A stretch of 64,000 nt of DNA from Trypanosoma brucei. Lineage: Eukaryota. Position numbers and translations under genes: made by a program. Position 1 is the first letter of the stretch. Each line of letters opens with the position of its first letter. The notes under the pieces were generated by a model. It did no database searches, was not told where the DNA came from, and saw only the letters and a list, made by a program, of their open reading frames with translations. The stretch is taken from positions 576,001 through 640,000 of the forward strand of contig AL929603.2 in the NCBI GenBank assembly GCA_000002445.1. The letters are read 5' to 3'. Positions 48,700-60,541 of this stretch are shown here, piece after piece.

Positions 48700-50841
48700 A
48701 TGGACTCGCTACGCTCGCTTCCCGCGCATCCGCCTATTCGTAGCAGCAAAGAACGAGAAAAAGGTTTGCGGCGGCTACGAGTTATTGCATGTGGCATCGA
48801 AATTGACATCCCTGCAGAGGGTGAAACTTCAGTGAGGGCACTTATGCGAGCCGTCGTTTCGTTGGCATTTCCCGACCGCCGCTCTCATGGAACACATTGT
48901 TGCCTTTTCCATGGCGACAGAGCGCTACCGGAGTCAACACGAGTAGCTGAATTGCCTCCCAATGCGGTGTTGCATCTTCATTTTGTTGCAGATGGACTCG
49001 GCACGGGAATCACTCGTTCTGAGGAGCGGGATGCGGTGCCGTACACACACACTGTCCCTGGCGCAAACCGTGGCATTCTCCGTCATTCCGCCTCACCTGT
49101 GATGCTCTCACCACTTGACACAATACAACTGCAGCAGCGTGGAGGTTCTTATGATGGGCCGCGTATGCCAAATCGCATTAGTAGTGGCCCCAGTAGCACT
49201 TCACCAATGCCAAACCCTTTGCGTAGGTATGGACAGTGGCAACAACGGAATATAGGTCTTACGGCATCCGCTACAATGATGGGGAGTTCCACTGATGCAG
49301 GGACGGGAAGCCGTGCAACACTTCCTCTGCCTATGGGTTCTTACCCACGCTTGCGAAGGGAATACCAAACAACAAGCCCCGCAAGGGACCAATTGACCAC
49401 AGATGGAAGCAGAATTAGTATCACTGTCATGCTCTTAAAGCGAAACACAACTGAGGATAAGGATAACGCCAAGGGGGATGACCAACAGGCGACATCAGTC
49501 ACGTCGCTTGAGTGTGGCAGCGGTGGAGCAAGTTCCAGTGACGGAACTGTGGCGTATCGCCGTCTGCGTGTGGAAAGTGACTATCCCGTGGGAACACTGC
49601 GGGAATTCTTTGGAATAACCTCAGATTATTGTATTTACTTGGGTGAAACTGCCATTAAAGATGACAGGGCGCCATTCGGCTCGTTGCAAGGGGTGTCCAC
49701 GCAAACATTTAGCTTTCGTCCATACCCTACCGCTCGTGCAGGCTTGAGTCTTGCAACCACTAGTGTCAACGTGGCGCACACGAACGCGGGGAAGGCGAAA
49801 TCTAAAGTCGGTGAAGGCAAAGACAAAACCACCAAAAGCGTTAACAGTAACCTCTTAAGCAGCAGTAGCCCCAGTGGTGTGGGGAAAACCAAGTCGGAGT
49901 TGGATGAAACGAAGGAAAAGGAGAAGGAGAAGGTGGAGGTGGAGGTGGCAGCGGAAAAGGAAAAGGAAAAGGAAACTAGAAGTGAAACTGTAGAATATAT
50001 GAAGTTGAATGCAGTACCTGTTACGGATGTAAATAGCATCGGCGACAGCGACGGTGGTGGTGGTGGTGGTGGTGGTGTGAGTAGTGAAGGCCAACAGAAG
50101 AAACACAAGAAATGTGTCACCGCAGAGGGGCCCGAGTCAGTGGGTAAGGCCGGCAACTGTGAATGTTCAAGTAATGATGGCAATGCATCAACGGTAGGGG
50201 ACCCCCTTGAAACAACAATGCCTTTCGAGTCCCCATCAAAAGCCACGCGTAGCCGTCTTGCCGCGGAGGCATTGTTGTCTCAAACCCATCCGGGACCATT
50301 TTTGGGTAGTGGTGACGCTTTAAGTAAAGCGAGGAGTTTGGTCCGTGCAGAACTCATGGGAGAACCCCCGTTACATGAATTTGGTTCGTTGTCATTTGGT
50401 GCAGGGTTGGGGAGGAGATTCGGCGGTGGAAGAGTTGAGGCGGGGGGCGTACGTTTGGCTTTGCGACCCCATTCGTTAGCGCCGTTGGAAACCTCTGGGG
50501 ATGTGCGGGGTTGGCGAGAGGAGGGACAAACTCAACATCATTACGGAACCGTAACCATCACGCCACCAACGCCTACGGAACGGGGAACTGTTGTTGTGCC
50601 CGTCCCTCCACTACGTCCAGTAGATGTTTTAGTGGACGATACCAACGTGAAGGGTCATCACACATTGGCACCTTTAAGTGGAGTGTCACATCCCGTTTCT
50701 ATTCTTTCATCGGGTCTCATGCAAAGGCATCGTCGGAATGTTGTTGGTAGCGGCCCCGTTATTGTAGAGGAGAAGCAGCAAAACAATACTGTAAGCCAAC
50801 AAACCCCACCTTCTGTAGATCCAACAAAAGAAAAAAATTAA
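48700..50841 (+). CDS. hypothetical protein (713 aa) with a possible N-terminal ubiquitin-like fold and long S/G/K/E-rich low-complexity regions
   Basis: A long + strand ORF. The N-terminus (RVIACGIEIDIPAEGETSVRALMRAV...AVLHLHFV) resembles a ubiquitin-like beta-grasp. The rest contains KEKEKEKVEVEV and a G9 run. Confidence 0.55.
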   Translation: MDSLRSLPAHPPIRSSKEREKGLRRLRVIACGIEIDIPAEGETSVRALMRAVVSLAFPDRRSHGTHCCLFHGDRALPESTRVAELPPNAVLHLHFVADGLGTGITRSEERDAVPYTHTVPGANRGILRHSASPVMLSPLDTIQLQQRGGSYDGPRMPNRISSGPSSTSPMPNPLRRYGQWQQRNIGLTASATMMGSSTDAGTGSRATLPLPMGSYPRLRREYQTTSPARDQLTTDGSRISITVMLLKRNTTEDKDNAKGDDQQATSVTSLECGSGGASSSDGTVAYRRLRVESDYPVGTLREFFGITSDYCIYLGETAIKDDRAPFGSLQGVSTQTFSFRPYPTARAGLSLATTSVNVAHTNAGKAKSKVGEGKDKTTKSVNSNLLSSSSPSGVGKTKSELDETKEKEKEKVEVEVAAEKEKEKETRSETVEYMKLNAVPVTDVNSIGDSDGGGGGGGGVSSEGQQKKHKKCVTAEGPESVGKAGNCECSSNDGNASTVGDPLETTMPFESPSKATRSRLAAEALLSQTHPGPFLGSGDALSKARSLVRAELMGEPPLHEFGSLSFGAGLGRRFGGGRVEAGGVRLALRPHSLAPLETSGDVRGWREEGQTQHHYGTVTITPPTPTERGTVVVPVPPLRPVDVLVDDTNVKGHHTLAPLSGVSHPVSILSSGLMQRHRRNVVGSGPVIVEEKQQNNTVSQQTPPSVDPTKEKN

Positions 50842-51244
50842 TAACATGAAGTCATGATGCATGTGAGTTAAGAGGAATCGGGTGGAGAGATAAAATGCGT
50901 GTGTGCGTTACATTTCCTCGCAACTATTCCGATCCTCACGCAGCAGTTGCAGCATCCTTCCTACCTCCTCTCTCTTTTTTTTTGTACTCATGGTTTAGTT
51001 TCCTTTATATAATACTGCACATGGTTGTCGTGCGGTGTTGTTTCGTTTGTTTGTTTGTTTTCTGTTTATTATTATATATGTATGTTTGGGCGTGTTGTTG
51101 TTGTTGTTGTTGTTGTTTTTCTTTCATTTTCAATCCTCTCACACAAATTTACACCAATCGGTTGCAGACGCCAGTGACCCTGTGCCAAAAGACAAATATA
51201 AATTAAAATATGAAAACCTGACAGCGTGGCGCAACATCGGGCGC

Positions 51245-51279
<35 letters not shown>

Positions 51280-52873
51280 TATATTACAATGTGGTTTTGG
51301 AAGGTGCAGGGAAATGTGTGTGTTCACCAATGGTGTAGTAGTCCCTCACTTCGTTATTATAGCCGCAATGATGATGATGATAATAATAATAATAGCAATA
51401 ATAACGAAGCAAATGGAATGAGAATAGGTGTGTGCTTTTTTTTTCTTTTTTTTTTGAAACAGGAAATGAGGACGAAAGATTTTTTTGGAGGCAAATGAAA
51501 AAAAGAAAGTGGGGGAAGTAGAAAAGTGGGGAAATGTGTGAAGTTAATTTAGATACGCAAGTGGGAAACGGAAGATGGAAATGTTGCCGTGAGTTTTGTT
51601 GTTGCTGAGTTTTTGTTTTCTTTTTTTTTTCTCCCTCAAACGCCAACAGCAGCGGTTTGTTTTACCTCCTCTTCCTCCCGCTTATCATTTATTAATTTCA
51701 TCTTTTTTGTCCTTTTTTGTTCTTCGTCTGTTTTTTTTTGTTAATTTTATTGTTCACCGCAGTTACTGCTTGACTTCCACGGGTGAACAATCTCACTCCA
51801 CAGAAACACACGTTCCTTTTTTTTTTATTAAAAAGGACGGGCGTTGTTTTGTTTTTTTTTGTCTCTTTCCTTCATTCAAAAAGCCGAAAAAAAAAAAAAG
51901 AGAACTGTTCACAACTTTCAGGTGGACTAGACTTCATCTTCCGTATGCATTACTAAAACTACAACTTCCCTGCGCCCGAAACCAGATTCCCTTTTTTATT
52001 TTTATTTTGTCTTATTTTCTTCTTGTTGCCATGCTTTACATTATTAAATTCATTGGCCGCTTCCTCGCGATGTGCTGTCCACGTACTGCCGTCGAACAAT
52101 TTGCATACCTCATTTTCTTTCTTTCTTTACCACATATTTATAAATAAATATATGCTTCCCGCATTTCCCATTCCCTTTTGTGTTGTTGTTGTTGTTTTTG
52201 AATCATTCAAACAACTCCATATATATATATATATATATATATATATGCTTACTTAGTTGTTTAATTGTACATGTGTTTGTGTTTTTGTTTGTATGCGGGT
52301 GTGCGTGCAATTTTTTCCCTTGCATGTGTTTAGGAAGCGCTGATGATAATATGATGATGTTGAACATGTTTCTGCTACTATTCTTCAATCCGTATTTCTG
52401 TTATTATTTGTTCTTTTTATGTCCATCTGCCTTCTTTTTTTTTTGTTTAACTTCTTCTTTTCTTTGTATTTCATGCTACTATTCTTTCATTCATTCGTTC
52501 CATTATTTTCTCTTCTTTATGCACCTGCTAGATCAAAAGAGGGAAGGGAATAAGAGAAAAAAAAAGAATAAGGCGGTTAAATATAGTCAATAGGAAGGAA
52601 CAGAAGGCGTGCAAAAAAAAAAAAAAAGAGGAAACGCGCCACACACATACACACATAAACACACAAAACCCCGTAGTCTGGCCCTACCGTCATTTTGTTC
52701 TTCTTTTTTCTTTTTTTCTTTTGTCTATTGTTGTTGTTGTTGTTGTTGTTTTTAAATTTGGTATTTTTTTTGTTGTTATTTCTGTCGCGTGTGTTTCCCT
52801 CCCTTCCCCCTCCACAAACACACACACATACATACACGCAAGCACACAAATACCACCGCCGTCGGTTAACATT

Positions 52874-53938
52874 ATGTTTAGATTGTCATTTGCCGCATTC
52901 ACATCGGTAGCGGCAGGTAGCCGGAGTGTGGGATGCTCCACTACATTTAGCACAACAACATCAGCGGCAGCATCATCATCATCATCAGCAGCAGCAGCAA
53001 CGGGAAAAGAGGCATATGAAGCTTTGATGAAATTTCTCACCTCCAGTGGAGCTACTTTTGAAGGCGTGGCGGTACGACCGAGTGCTGAACAGTGCCGTGG
53101 CCTCATCGCAACACAAACCTTCCGTGAAGGCACAACAATTCTTTCAGTGCCCATGACAACTCTCTCCATTACAGCAGATCGATTGCTCAATACGGATTTT
53201 ATACGATCGCTCAACCCTCCCACACGCGATGATGTGCGGCGACTTCTCATGGCGCGTGGTGTTAATGATCCCGTGTTATGCGATCAGGTGCATTTGGCAC
53301 TTCTTGTCGCAGGTGAGAGAATTAATGTACACTCGCCATTTGCTCCATACTTTGATGTTTTACCATATCCAGCCATAGATGATACGGCAGTAATACAACG
53401 TTACAAAGATGTGTTGGACCCAACGCAATTGTTGGAGTGGGATGATCACCAACGTGACTGGGTGACGGTACTCCGAGCCTTAACGGATCAATGGGGAAAT
53501 GCAGGTCCACCAGTTGAAGTGTGTTATTGGGCTTGGAGAACTGTTCTTAGTCGAATGCATATGTTACCGGACAGGGGACTCGCACCAGCAGATGTGGGAT
53601 CAAGTTTACATTACTCCGCACTCGCCACATATGGCCGAGCTGAGCGACAAACTCGCATTATGAAACGACTTCGCGCCACCATCGGTGCGGTGTTTGGTAG
53701 TGATGGCGTGGCGGAGGATTATCGTCTTGTTCCCACATTACTTCCGTTACTTGATATGGTGGATCATTTACCTTCCAGTAATGTAAGCGTTGAGGTGCAA
53801 CCACGGGGTGATAGAGGGAGTTGTGGTGAATTGCAGGCATTGCGAGAAATACAAGCGGGGGAACATATTGGTTTTAGTTTTAACCGCTCGCAGGGAATTC
53901 CTTTCACGCTTTATCGCTTTGGGTTTCTGCCTCTATAG
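52874..53938 (+). CDS. SET-domain protein of the Rubisco-LSMT / SETD3-SETD6 class, about 354 aa
   Basis: The N-terminal block (GVAVRPSAEQCRGLIATQTFREGTTILSVPM) has the SET-N signature. A PYxDVLP-like block (FAPYFDVLPYP), LLPLLDMVDH (the NH site) and a C-terminal LREIQAGEHIGFSF follow. The ORF-track start at 52721 reads through poly-GTT, so Met at 52874 is the likelier start. Confidence 0.5.
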   Translation: MFRLSFAAFTSVAAGSRSVGCSTTFSTTTSAAASSSSSAAAATGKEAYEALMKFLTSSGATFEGVAVRPSAEQCRGLIATQTFREGTTILSVPMTTLSITADRLLNTDFIRSLNPPTRDDVRRLLMARGVNDPVLCDQVHLALLVAGERINVHSPFAPYFDVLPYPAIDDTAVIQRYKDVLDPTQLLEWDDHQRDWVTVLRALTDQWGNAGPPVEVCYWAWRTVLSRMHMLPDRGLAPADVGSSLHYSALATYGRAERQTRIMKRLRATIGAVFGSDGVAEDYRLVPTLLPLLDMVDHLPSSNVSVEVQPRGDRGSCGELQALREIQAGEHIGFSFNRSQGIPFTLYRFGFLPL

Positions 53939-55268
53939 TATTGGAAAAAAAACAAACAAACAAAAAAGGAAAAAGGAAAAAGGAAATGAAAAAGAAAAAA
54001 GAATAACAGGAAGAGGAAGAAGAAAAAAAAGGGTAGAAAGGATTAGGATAAGGATAAGGAGCAAACAAACATACAAACAAGCAAGCAATGTAAATATTAT
54101 AGTTGAAAAGTTTAGATAAATAGAATGGAGTGAGGTTGAGGGAATTTGTGGTGTACAGTAATTAAAAGAAAGAGGAGGTGTACGGTTTTGTGAAGCAGAG
54201 GGGGGAAAACGGAAAATTAAAAAAAAAAGAGGTGAGATGTTTCATGTAAGCCGCGGCTGTGCGGCTCTTGTCGTACATTCACCCACCTATTCGTTGATGA
54301 TGCTGCTATTGTTTGTTTTGTTGTTGTTTTGCTTTATTTTTTATTGTTATTATATTATTATTTTTATATTTATTTTTTTTTGACGAGTACGCCGCCCCTT
54401 TTTTTTGTGTGTGTGATCGTCATCTTTTCCCTCTCCACTGAAAGAAAAAAAAACCATAGGCGCTTTCGCCTCGCGATGGCGTTTCTCTTCCATAGAAGCA
54501 CCACAGCAGATATTGTTTATTCCATTTATTTACCAACAGTCGTCTTGTTTTGTTTTGTTTTGTTTTTCTTTTCCTTTTCCTTTTTTTTTACAAAAAAGAA
54601 AAGTTTTGTTTTATTTTGCCACGTTTTAGATCTTCTATAGAAAAGAACAGAAAAAATTTTTTAATATATAAACATATATACATCCTTACTAAAATAAAAA
54701 TGCGTAACTGATTGAATGGTTATGATGGTAAGGGACTTTTAGGAACTGAATCGTTGCCTCCTGTGGGCGGCCGGTTAGTCCGGTTGTTTTTTTCCGCCAT
54801 TTGCGTATCATGAGAGGAAATGACGGCAATTCGTCGCGGATCCCCACAGGCGCTTTTGTTACTTTGGCTGAATGAAGCTACTATTACTATTATTGTTATT
54901 GTTATTGTTGCCTTTTATGTTTTTTTTTGTTTTTTAATATCTTGTTTTGTTGTTGTTTTTGGGTTCGGCATCCTTTTTTTCTCACCTTCTTCCCCTCCTC
55001 CCTTCCTCTTATATCCTCCTATACATCTAAAAATAAAAATAAAATAAATAATAGCAGAGGTGGAGAATAAAAGGGAAAGTGAACAAAGTAGAGAAGGAGC
55101 ACCGAGACAAGTGTGCGTCATCACGTGGCGTTTAGAGTTTACGGAAAGATTTACATACATGCCAGTCAGCAAAGGCGGTTTGAGTACTAAAAGGTGTGTG
55201 TTCATACATCCTTGTACTTTCCTCACATCTATATATATATATATATATATCTGTAGATATATATAAAT

Positions 55269-56888
55269 ATGCAAATGATGGGACGGGCCACAATGCATTT
55301 GCGCTCTGCTGCATCCTCTCTAGTTAGCAGGGCGCGACTCATCCCCAGCAGTTTCTTATGGCCTTGTTTAATACTCACGAAAGAATCGCTCCACGTGGGT
55401 GTTATTGCTTATCGCACATTTATCCATTCCCGCGTGCGGCTCGTGCTGCGGACCGCTGTTGGAGTACCCATCGCCTCCGTCTCGCTTTATCTTTCTTATG
55501 CCCTTTTCGCCTGGTATCCGGAGCCAACAGCTGCAGTGAGTACCGATTCCGTTGCTGACAGGCCGCTGTTGCGATGCACAAGTGATTTGCTTGAGTTTGG
55601 CCGCAGTTGTGCTGGTCGCTACCATCGTATCGAAAGCAACAGTACCGCAGGAATGACGGGTTGGGGAAGGAAACTCCCCGAGTCGGAAAGAAATGAAGTA
55701 GTGGGCGATGTGCTTTACATTCTGCGGTGTATAGAGGCCATTAGAGGAACCTTTGAGGAGCGGCAACTTGTAACACCTCGTGCGGATCATGGTGCCGCGT
55801 GTCCTGCGGAAGAACTGCTGCGGATTGTTTTGGCCATCTCCCTCGATCAGGAATGGTTTGATATTGTGGAGGCCGCTCGCGAGATGTTTGAGCAAGTCGT
55901 CAGGGACCGGCCGGTGCCTGTGCAGGCAAATGTGACCAGCGCTATTGCTGACCTTTGCGCACTTTCCTACGAACTGGAGCATTGCACGGACTCATCAGAG
56001 GTGACTGTAACCCAGCGGCAACGTGTGGCACGGGCTGTTGATTCCTTTCGTCCGGAAAAGTCTGTGCGGGAACTGTGCACCATCGCAGCTGAGATCGCCG
56101 TGCTTCCGCTCGTGGACCTTGACGAAACCACGCGTTGCCTCATGTTGACGCGAAATAGCCCGGGCTACCGTCCACAGCTTATCATAACATTCATTGGCAC
56201 GAATAGCTGGCGGAGTTGGTTGACAAACTTAAGATATTGGCCGAGAGCGCCTCCTGCTGGATTGTTCGGCACTCAACTTCGTGTTCACGCGGGCTTCTTG
56301 GAAATGTTGCAATCCATTCATTTCGCTGAGGCTGCGGAGGACTTTGATCAAATCATTCTCATTGGACACAGCATGGGTGGTGCTCTGGCGCAACTTGCTG
56401 GAGTGTGTCTTGCCAATGGTAAGTCGTCTCGTCGTGTCACAGTGCTGACAGTCGCGTCTCCCCGCGTATTTGCGGTTCGGCACGGCACTTTATGGCCCTT
56501 AAGGAGTTGGCTAAGTGGAACAGAACTGACAAAAAATGAGAAGGTTGTGATTGCAGGTGCTGAGGAAGGGAGGGAAATTGATGATGAAAAGAATCAACAT
56601 GTGCAATACAGCGACTGTGAGGCAGACGTGTCGCGGGCTCTCCCCGAAAACTACCGCCATATTCGAGTTTTTATGTATGCCGATGTGGTGCCGAAACTCC
56701 CCCCGGTGTTTCTGGGTTACCACCACGTCGGGACGCCGCTGCCGTTGCACACGGGTTGCCCGACACGCAAGTCATTTGTTGGTTGGGGACTGTGGTCCCA
56801 ATGTTTCCACAGTGCAGAAATGTATAAAGCCGTGCTTGAGCGGCCCGTCGTGGCGCAGCGGCAGCGGTATTACAAATCCTTATCATAA
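55269..56888 (+). CDS. class-3 (fungal-type) lipase domain protein, 539 aa
   Basis: Lipase_3 signature: ...LIITFIGTNSWRSWLTNL... (the FRGT/W/NL block), then HAGFLEM and the nucleophile elbow ILIGHSMGGALAQLAG (GHSxGG). Confidence 0.6.
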   Translation: MQMMGRATMHLRSAASSLVSRARLIPSSFLWPCLILTKESLHVGVIAYRTFIHSRVRLVLRTAVGVPIASVSLYLSYALFAWYPEPTAAVSTDSVADRPLLRCTSDLLEFGRSCAGRYHRIESNSTAGMTGWGRKLPESERNEVVGDVLYILRCIEAIRGTFEERQLVTPRADHGAACPAEELLRIVLAISLDQEWFDIVEAAREMFEQVVRDRPVPVQANVTSAIADLCALSYELEHCTDSSEVTVTQRQRVARAVDSFRPEKSVRELCTIAAEIAVLPLVDLDETTRCLMLTRNSPGYRPQLIITFIGTNSWRSWLTNLRYWPRAPPAGLFGTQLRVHAGFLEMLQSIHFAEAAEDFDQIILIGHSMGGALAQLAGVCLANGKSSRRVTVLTVASPRVFAVRHGTLWPLRSWLSGTELTKNEKVVIAGAEEGREIDDEKNQHVQYSDCEADVSRALPENYRHIRVFMYADVVPKLPPVFLGYHHVGTPLPLHTGCPTRKSFVGWGLWSQCFHSAEMYKAVLERPVVAQRQRYYKSLS

Positions 56889-57364
56889 ATATGTGTTGCT
56901 CATGCGCAGCCCAAAACACGCATACGGTTACATATATATATTTATATATTTATATGTTCACGCCTATGCCAGTGTCTATGTGTATGTGTATTGCTGAGGT
57001 GCGATAGACAGCTCAAACGGGGTACCTTCCACCGTTGTTGATTATATATTTCTACTGTTTGAACGCTTGGAAAAATATTTTATTTCATTTCATGTACGTC
57101 ACCCGCCTTCCTTTGTCATGTTTTGGTGCTCTTGAAGGCTGGTAATCACCCCTTTCTTTTACATATTTTTCCTCGCTGACTAAATGTCAATAGTGGAAGG
57201 CGCAGCGCGTGCACTAATAGTAAAGGGAGAAGAGAAAGCAAAGAGAATAAATTCTGTCGCGCGAGTGAAACAGACGAGAAGGAAAACGAAAAGCGAAAGA
57301 GTATAGGCAGGCAGAAGGGGGGGAGAGAAGGAAGGATACAAAAAAAAAGGAAAAAGGAAGAGTC

Positions 57365-57871
57365 ATGGAGTCAGGGAAGAATGCTCACCGCCTGAACCGC
57401 ATCTTCCGCAAGCCCAAGACGATGGTGGCCCCACGTGCCTGGCGCCCAGCGGCAGATGGAGAAGGCGAACGGCAGCAGCCTTTCAGCGGTGTTTCGCTTC
57501 AACGGATAAACGCCATGATCAGCGAACTCTCCGAAGAGGAGCGAACTCGGGCGTTGGCCCAACAGGATCCCCCAACAGTCGTACAAGAGGAACTCGCCAA
57601 ACGGGCGGCGCGATTTGGCCTCACAATAGAGCGAGCAGACGCGGGCAACAATGAAAAGACGGCCTCGAGTGAAATTACACCAGAGGTGCAGGCGGTGTTT
57701 CAGAGACGCATGGAGCGATTTGGGCAGTCCGCGGCGGAGGAAGCCATGCAAAAACGCGTGGCTCGGTTTGGTAATGCAGCCACGTCTGCTGAAGGCCCCG
57801 GAGTGGAGCTGAAGTTGTCGGAAGCGGATCGTGAGGCAATGCAGCGCAGGCAGAGCCGCTTTGGGGGCTAA
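57365..57871 (+). CDS. small RFG-repeat protein (168 aa) resembling the C-terminal repeats of SARNP/Tho1/CIP29
   Basis: Four repeats of the [KR]R-x-x-RFG pattern: KRAARFGL, QRRMERFGQ, QKRVARFGN, QRRQSRFGG. No clear SAP domain is visible. Confidence 0.35.
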   Translation: MESGKNAHRLNRIFRKPKTMVAPRAWRPAADGEGERQQPFSGVSLQRINAMISELSEEERTRALAQQDPPTVVQEELAKRAARFGLTIERADAGNNEKTASSEITPEVQAVFQRRMERFGQSAAEEAMQKRVARFGNAATSAEGPGVELKLSEADREAMQRRQSRFGG

Positions 57872-58815
57872 GGCGGCTAACAATCTCTAGAGGCAGGCCG
57901 ACTTACGCAACTGGGCGTCTCTTTTGGTGGTGTTGTGTGTTTGGTGGGGATAACTTTTGGTGGTGCTTTGTTTTGTTTTTGTTTTTGTTTTCTTTTTTTG
58001 GGAGCACTTTTGCTATTGTTACCCTCAATGTTCCTTTTTTTGTTTTTTTCTTCATTCGTTTCGTATACAAGCACACAGCGTTGTAGCTATTTCCGCCCGT
58101 CGTCACATAATTATGTGGGTTTCCATCTACCGATGTGGGGCCCGCGCGACTTTACCGCAGGCACAGAGAGGGAAAGAGGATGAGGAAGGCTTTGAGGCGG
58201 AGGTGGTAAAAGTTAAAGAGGATTAAGAGGAAGGAATCGGGAGGGAAAAAAGAGGGGGAAAGTGAAGCGGTGACGTAAGGGGAGAGATGACCCTGCACGT
58301 GCTTTGGCTGGTCGACTAATTGGGTTGGAGGGAAGAGGAATTAGGAAGAAAAGGGTAAGGAAAGAGGATATACATGCACGAACCGTCTGGGAAGTGTGGC
58401 GCCTAATTATTTATTTTTAACCCATCCCCATTTCTTGTTGTCTTCTCAGTGGTTCTTAATTTTTATAACTCCCCTACGCACTGTGAAAGCACTCACATCC
58501 TTCTCCCCTCCCCCCTCATATCAGTTGCCCTTTTTGTGCTTTTGGCATCACATGTCATGGTGCATATGTTCATCATATCCTCCGAGTCCGCCTGCGCGGG
58601 TCCACTTAACGCATCTGTAACATAAAAAGCATATAAACACACGGGCACAAACAACGTGTATTCCATGCGCGGGAATGCAGCCGGCACCCCCATGTCCCAC
58701 TGCTGTCGTGGAGACACAAACAAACGAGCGTCTCCCATTATTTTTGTTTTTGTTTTTGTTTTTGTTTTGCTCTTTACTTACCATCGAGCGAAGCAAAAAG
58801 TAACAGACAGTAGAA

Positions 58816-60027
58816 ATGTCGGTCAGTTCCCCGCTCGCCAGCAGCGGTGAGAGGGAGCAATATGGCCCGCAGGAACAGCGGCAATATGGATTCGTTCCCG
58901 TTCAAATGACAAATTTAGTTCCCGTACGCGTGGTCAGTGTGCACGGCGACTTTTTCGATATGGAAATACATCAGGACGCACCGCTGCATATAGTTCAGAG
59001 AGCAGCTGAGGACTGCTTTAAGGTCCGCCCTGAGTTGCAGTTACTGACGCACAACCGGAAGCCAATAAACCCCAATCAGTCTCTGAGGCGCAATGGTTGT
59101 CTGCTATTGAAAGGCGATCCGTTTGTCAAAATTGTGCTTGATGTGAAGAAGGGGTCAAGGCTAAACATTGTCTGCCAAATGGCCCACTGCGAACCCATAC
59201 CGCTCGCTTGCGAGGCTGAAGACACGATTTGGGATGTCAAAAAGAAGTTCTGCTCATCTTTAGAAAAGTCGGAGGTCACACCGCAGCGCATTCGCCTGTT
59301 GTGGCGCTACTGGGAGCTGAACGATAAGGCCACAGTTGACTATTACCACATCCCCACCAATTCAAAACTGACTGTGATGAAGAAACGGGACATCTTAGGG
59401 GGACAACAAACAGAAAGACGCAGGGCGCCCTCACAGAGACGGAGACAAGATGTCCAGAGACGTCACGAACGCTGCGACGCCGATACCGATGATGTGGCAG
59501 CGTGGCCGAAAGCACCATCAGTTGTTCCACCATACGAAAAGTATAGACAAGCATCCGGCCGTGAACCGCTGGAAGGCGAAGATAATCGCTCAAAAACGCC
59601 AAATGCGAATGGTAGCGCCCAAGTGGTGGAAGGTGGGGCGGATCGGGACAGCCATCATCCCCCAATTCGGGCGTGGCCCGCCTTGCCCCAAGAGCAATTT
59701 GGCCGGGCTGTAATTCCTCTTTATCCGATAGTCCCGCCCCTCTCCGGAGGAAGTTATTATAGAGAGCCTCGCGCACAAACGCCCGACAGGCGACCCGCCG
59801 TAGTGCCGGTGGCAGAGGCAACACAAGTTGTGGATTTTACCGAGGTTCAACGCCTGAGGATGGAGGTGGAGGAGTTAGGACGGCGTATGGAGACCTGCGT
59901 CACAGATCGGGCGGAGTTTTCGGCGATGGAGGAATCATTCCGCGCCGCTGTGACGCGAGTGTCGGAATTGGAGGCATCCGTTGGCCGGGTTCAGAACCTA
60001 CTGAAACGAGCGCTTCACTTGATGTGA
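58816..60027 (+). CDS. hypothetical protein (403 aa) with two N-terminal ubiquitin-like-looking segments and a C-terminal coiled coil
   Basis: Two segments have UBL-like hydrophobic periodicity (VRVVSVHGDFFDMEIHQDAPLHIVQRAAE...; LNIVCQMAHCEPIPLACEAEDTIWDVKKKF...). The C-terminus reads RLRMEVEELGRRMETC...VSELEASVGRVQNLL. Confidence 0.5.
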   Translation: MSVSSPLASSGEREQYGPQEQRQYGFVPVQMTNLVPVRVVSVHGDFFDMEIHQDAPLHIVQRAAEDCFKVRPELQLLTHNRKPINPNQSLRRNGCLLLKGDPFVKIVLDVKKGSRLNIVCQMAHCEPIPLACEAEDTIWDVKKKFCSSLEKSEVTPQRIRLLWRYWELNDKATVDYYHIPTNSKLTVMKKRDILGGQQTERRRAPSQRRRQDVQRRHERCDADTDDVAAWPKAPSVVPPYEKYRQASGREPLEGEDNRSKTPNANGSAQVVEGGADRDSHHPPIRAWPALPQEQFGRAVIPLYPIVPPLSGGSYYREPRAQTPDRRPAVVPVAEATQVVDFTEVQRLRMEVEELGRRMETCVTDRAEFSAMEESFRAAVTRVSELEASVGRVQNLLKRALHLM

Positions 60028-60504
60028 AGAGGGTATAACACGGTGTGTGGGTCTTGTGTTTTTCGTGGTGGGAGCACTGTGTTTGTAATGTGTATATTCC
60101 TGTTTCGTCACGTGTGTTTTACACGGAGATGAAGGAAGCATGACGCTGCGACTCTGCAAGTTTTGCTTAAGAGCACATATCACACACTCGAGGGTGTTGT
60201 GGGTCTGAGCGATTGAAGGGAGGGGAATAAAGTGGAGGGCAGCGGTCAGTCACGCTGCACGAGATCCCTGTTTCTCACATTCCTCTTCATCTGTGCCGTT
60301 CTTTCACTTCTGTCACCGACGGCCGCCGTTTGCCCATACCCCCCCCCCTCCCAATCCCTTTATTGTCCCTTCCTGAATATTACCAAACGCTGTGAAGCGG
60401 CGATTAGGATAGTAATACATGGTGTTGGATGATTGTACATCTGGGACTGGATCTCGAGTATCAGTTGTTCTACAGGTTTAGTGCATGTCGGACACGTAAA
60501 TGCG

Positions 60505-60505
<1 letters not shown>

Positions 60506-60538
<33 letters not shown>
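60506..60538. repeat. (CA)16 microsatellite
   Basis: A direct CA dinucleotide run. Confidence 0.95.
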
Positions 60539-60541
<3 letters not shown>

